Assembly (NCBI RefSeq): GCF_963853765.1
Contig: NC_088854.1
Span: 45,136,001-45,200,000, forward strand
Length of the DNA stretch: 64,000 bases
Direction of reading: 5' to 3'
Source of the DNA: Magallana gigas
Taxonomy: Eukaryota
Each line of letters starts with the position of its first letter. Position 1 is the first letter of the stretch. The notes under the pieces are model-generated. The model did not search any database, was not told where the DNA came from, and saw only the letters and a program-made list of their open reading frames with translations. Made by a program: the position numbers and the translations under genes. Of the stretch, positions 62,654 to 64,000 are shown piece by piece.

Positions 62654-64000
62654 TTAATCTATTTCACTTCAAATAATCATTGTTTATGTATGGATCTGAT
62701 AGTTTCCTAGTTAAGTAGGAATTCATTTTAAAAAATAGGAAAAAATTGTATTTGTTTTGCCAATTTGCACATAGGTTTCAAGTGGAACTTTAAAATGACA
62801 AATAATTTGTGGACAGTGAGCTTATCTAGAAAATTGATGCTCAAATTCTTTCTTATCACGCTTTTAAATTTTAAGACTATTATATCATAATAATAATTCA
62901 TTTTGTGATGTGACATGCAGTTCTTAAGTGATCAAATAAGTATAACTACATCTATTGATTTGATCACATTTCAAACGCAATCGATACTTTAATTATAATA
63001 TCTATATTTTATATGACTTTGTTATATAATAACTTTCTTACAATACATGTCATTTTTGCTCCATGCTTGCTGCCTTAATGCATTCATGAATAAACTGAAT
63101 AACAATATATTACGGGTTTTGTGAGTGTTGGAAAGACAGAATCAGATGTATAGGTTTTGTTCAAACATTAAAAAAAACAAGAGAAAAGGAAAGAAAGGAT
63201 GATGTCAAAAGATAATGATATTGTTATAACTTTTAAAACAAATCTATATTTCATAGCTGATCATGATCGAAAACCGACAAAGAAATGGTGTGAACAAGAA
63301 CTCTCCATGCCGAATAAAGAGCGGGGAATGACCGTGTCTATTTTTATACAGACTGTATTGATCTCTTTAAGATGAAGAGCATGGCATAAAGATATACAAA
63401 ATACTAAAATTTTAAAATAAAAATTATGGAAATTTTCTTTGCTTAATAACACTTTACAACTTTACAAATTATATCTGAATTTTTAAAGTATATCTGATGG
63501 TTATTTTGTTAATATTTGTAGATCAATGAACGATCTCACCGAAATCAAATCGTTTTATCACATGTAAAATCTATTTGTAAATATGATTGAATTGTTGAAA
63601 TTTTTTCTCTATTTGCCAGCTCTTATTGATAATATTAATATGATGTAAAATCATGAAAAATGACATTACGTTCTCCTCACGATCTTTTTAGCAGTCGCCA
63701 CATGGAATCATTTTGTCTTTGATAAGGTCTATTAAATCTCCGAGTTCACATTTTCCTTTCAATATAGAACAAAGTAAAAGGGAAACCCCATATTTTCAAC
63801 ACGAAATCTCATTTTGAAAAGATGTGAATAGGGTTAAAACCCCCAGTGAATAACGAGAACAATGACTGCAAGATAACAAGGTGCGTTGTAACTTTGCATA
63901 TGCATGTAGGTGTAAGTACGTACTCACGTGTGTACATATCGACTTTTCGACAGTAGGTCTTCTCGTTATGCAGTTGTAACAATCTAGGTGCAGTGTCAGC

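Noticed and set aside
60200-64000. Short ORFs in the right-hand 4 kb
   Set aside because: AT-rich, low-complexity translations with no consistent splice chain; treated as intergenic.

Overview
AT-rich, intron-containing animal DNA. The repeat landscape (Helentron-carried 145-170 bp satellites, TTAA-flanked MITEs) suggests an oyster or other bivalve; this is inference, not a database result. Genes were rebuilt by hand from splice sites and reading phase. In order: (1) the 5' part of a malate synthase gene (- strand, runs off the left edge); (2) an NXT/p15 nuclear-export gene (+) with an intronless ankyrin-repeat/SOCS-box gene nested in its intron on the same strand; (3) two intronless TATDN3-like nucleases in tandem (+); (4) a 12-exon synphilin-1-like ankyrin/coiled-coil gene (+), modelled with two consecutive GC-AG introns; (5) a 23 kb, about 40-exon gene (-) for a type I membrane protein of about 1,940 aa. 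The ectodomain of gene 5 alternates plain C-type-lectin-like domains with ones split by an inserted WSC-like module. It also contains an internal duplication of four modules, decayed modules, and a Tyr-rich tail ending in a PDZ-type motif. Gene 5 is the best candidate for an undescribed system. Many short DNA-transposon derivatives with visible TIRs and TSDs are present. No CRISPR array, rRNA or intact tRNA was seen. All identifications come from manual translation and remembered family motifs.
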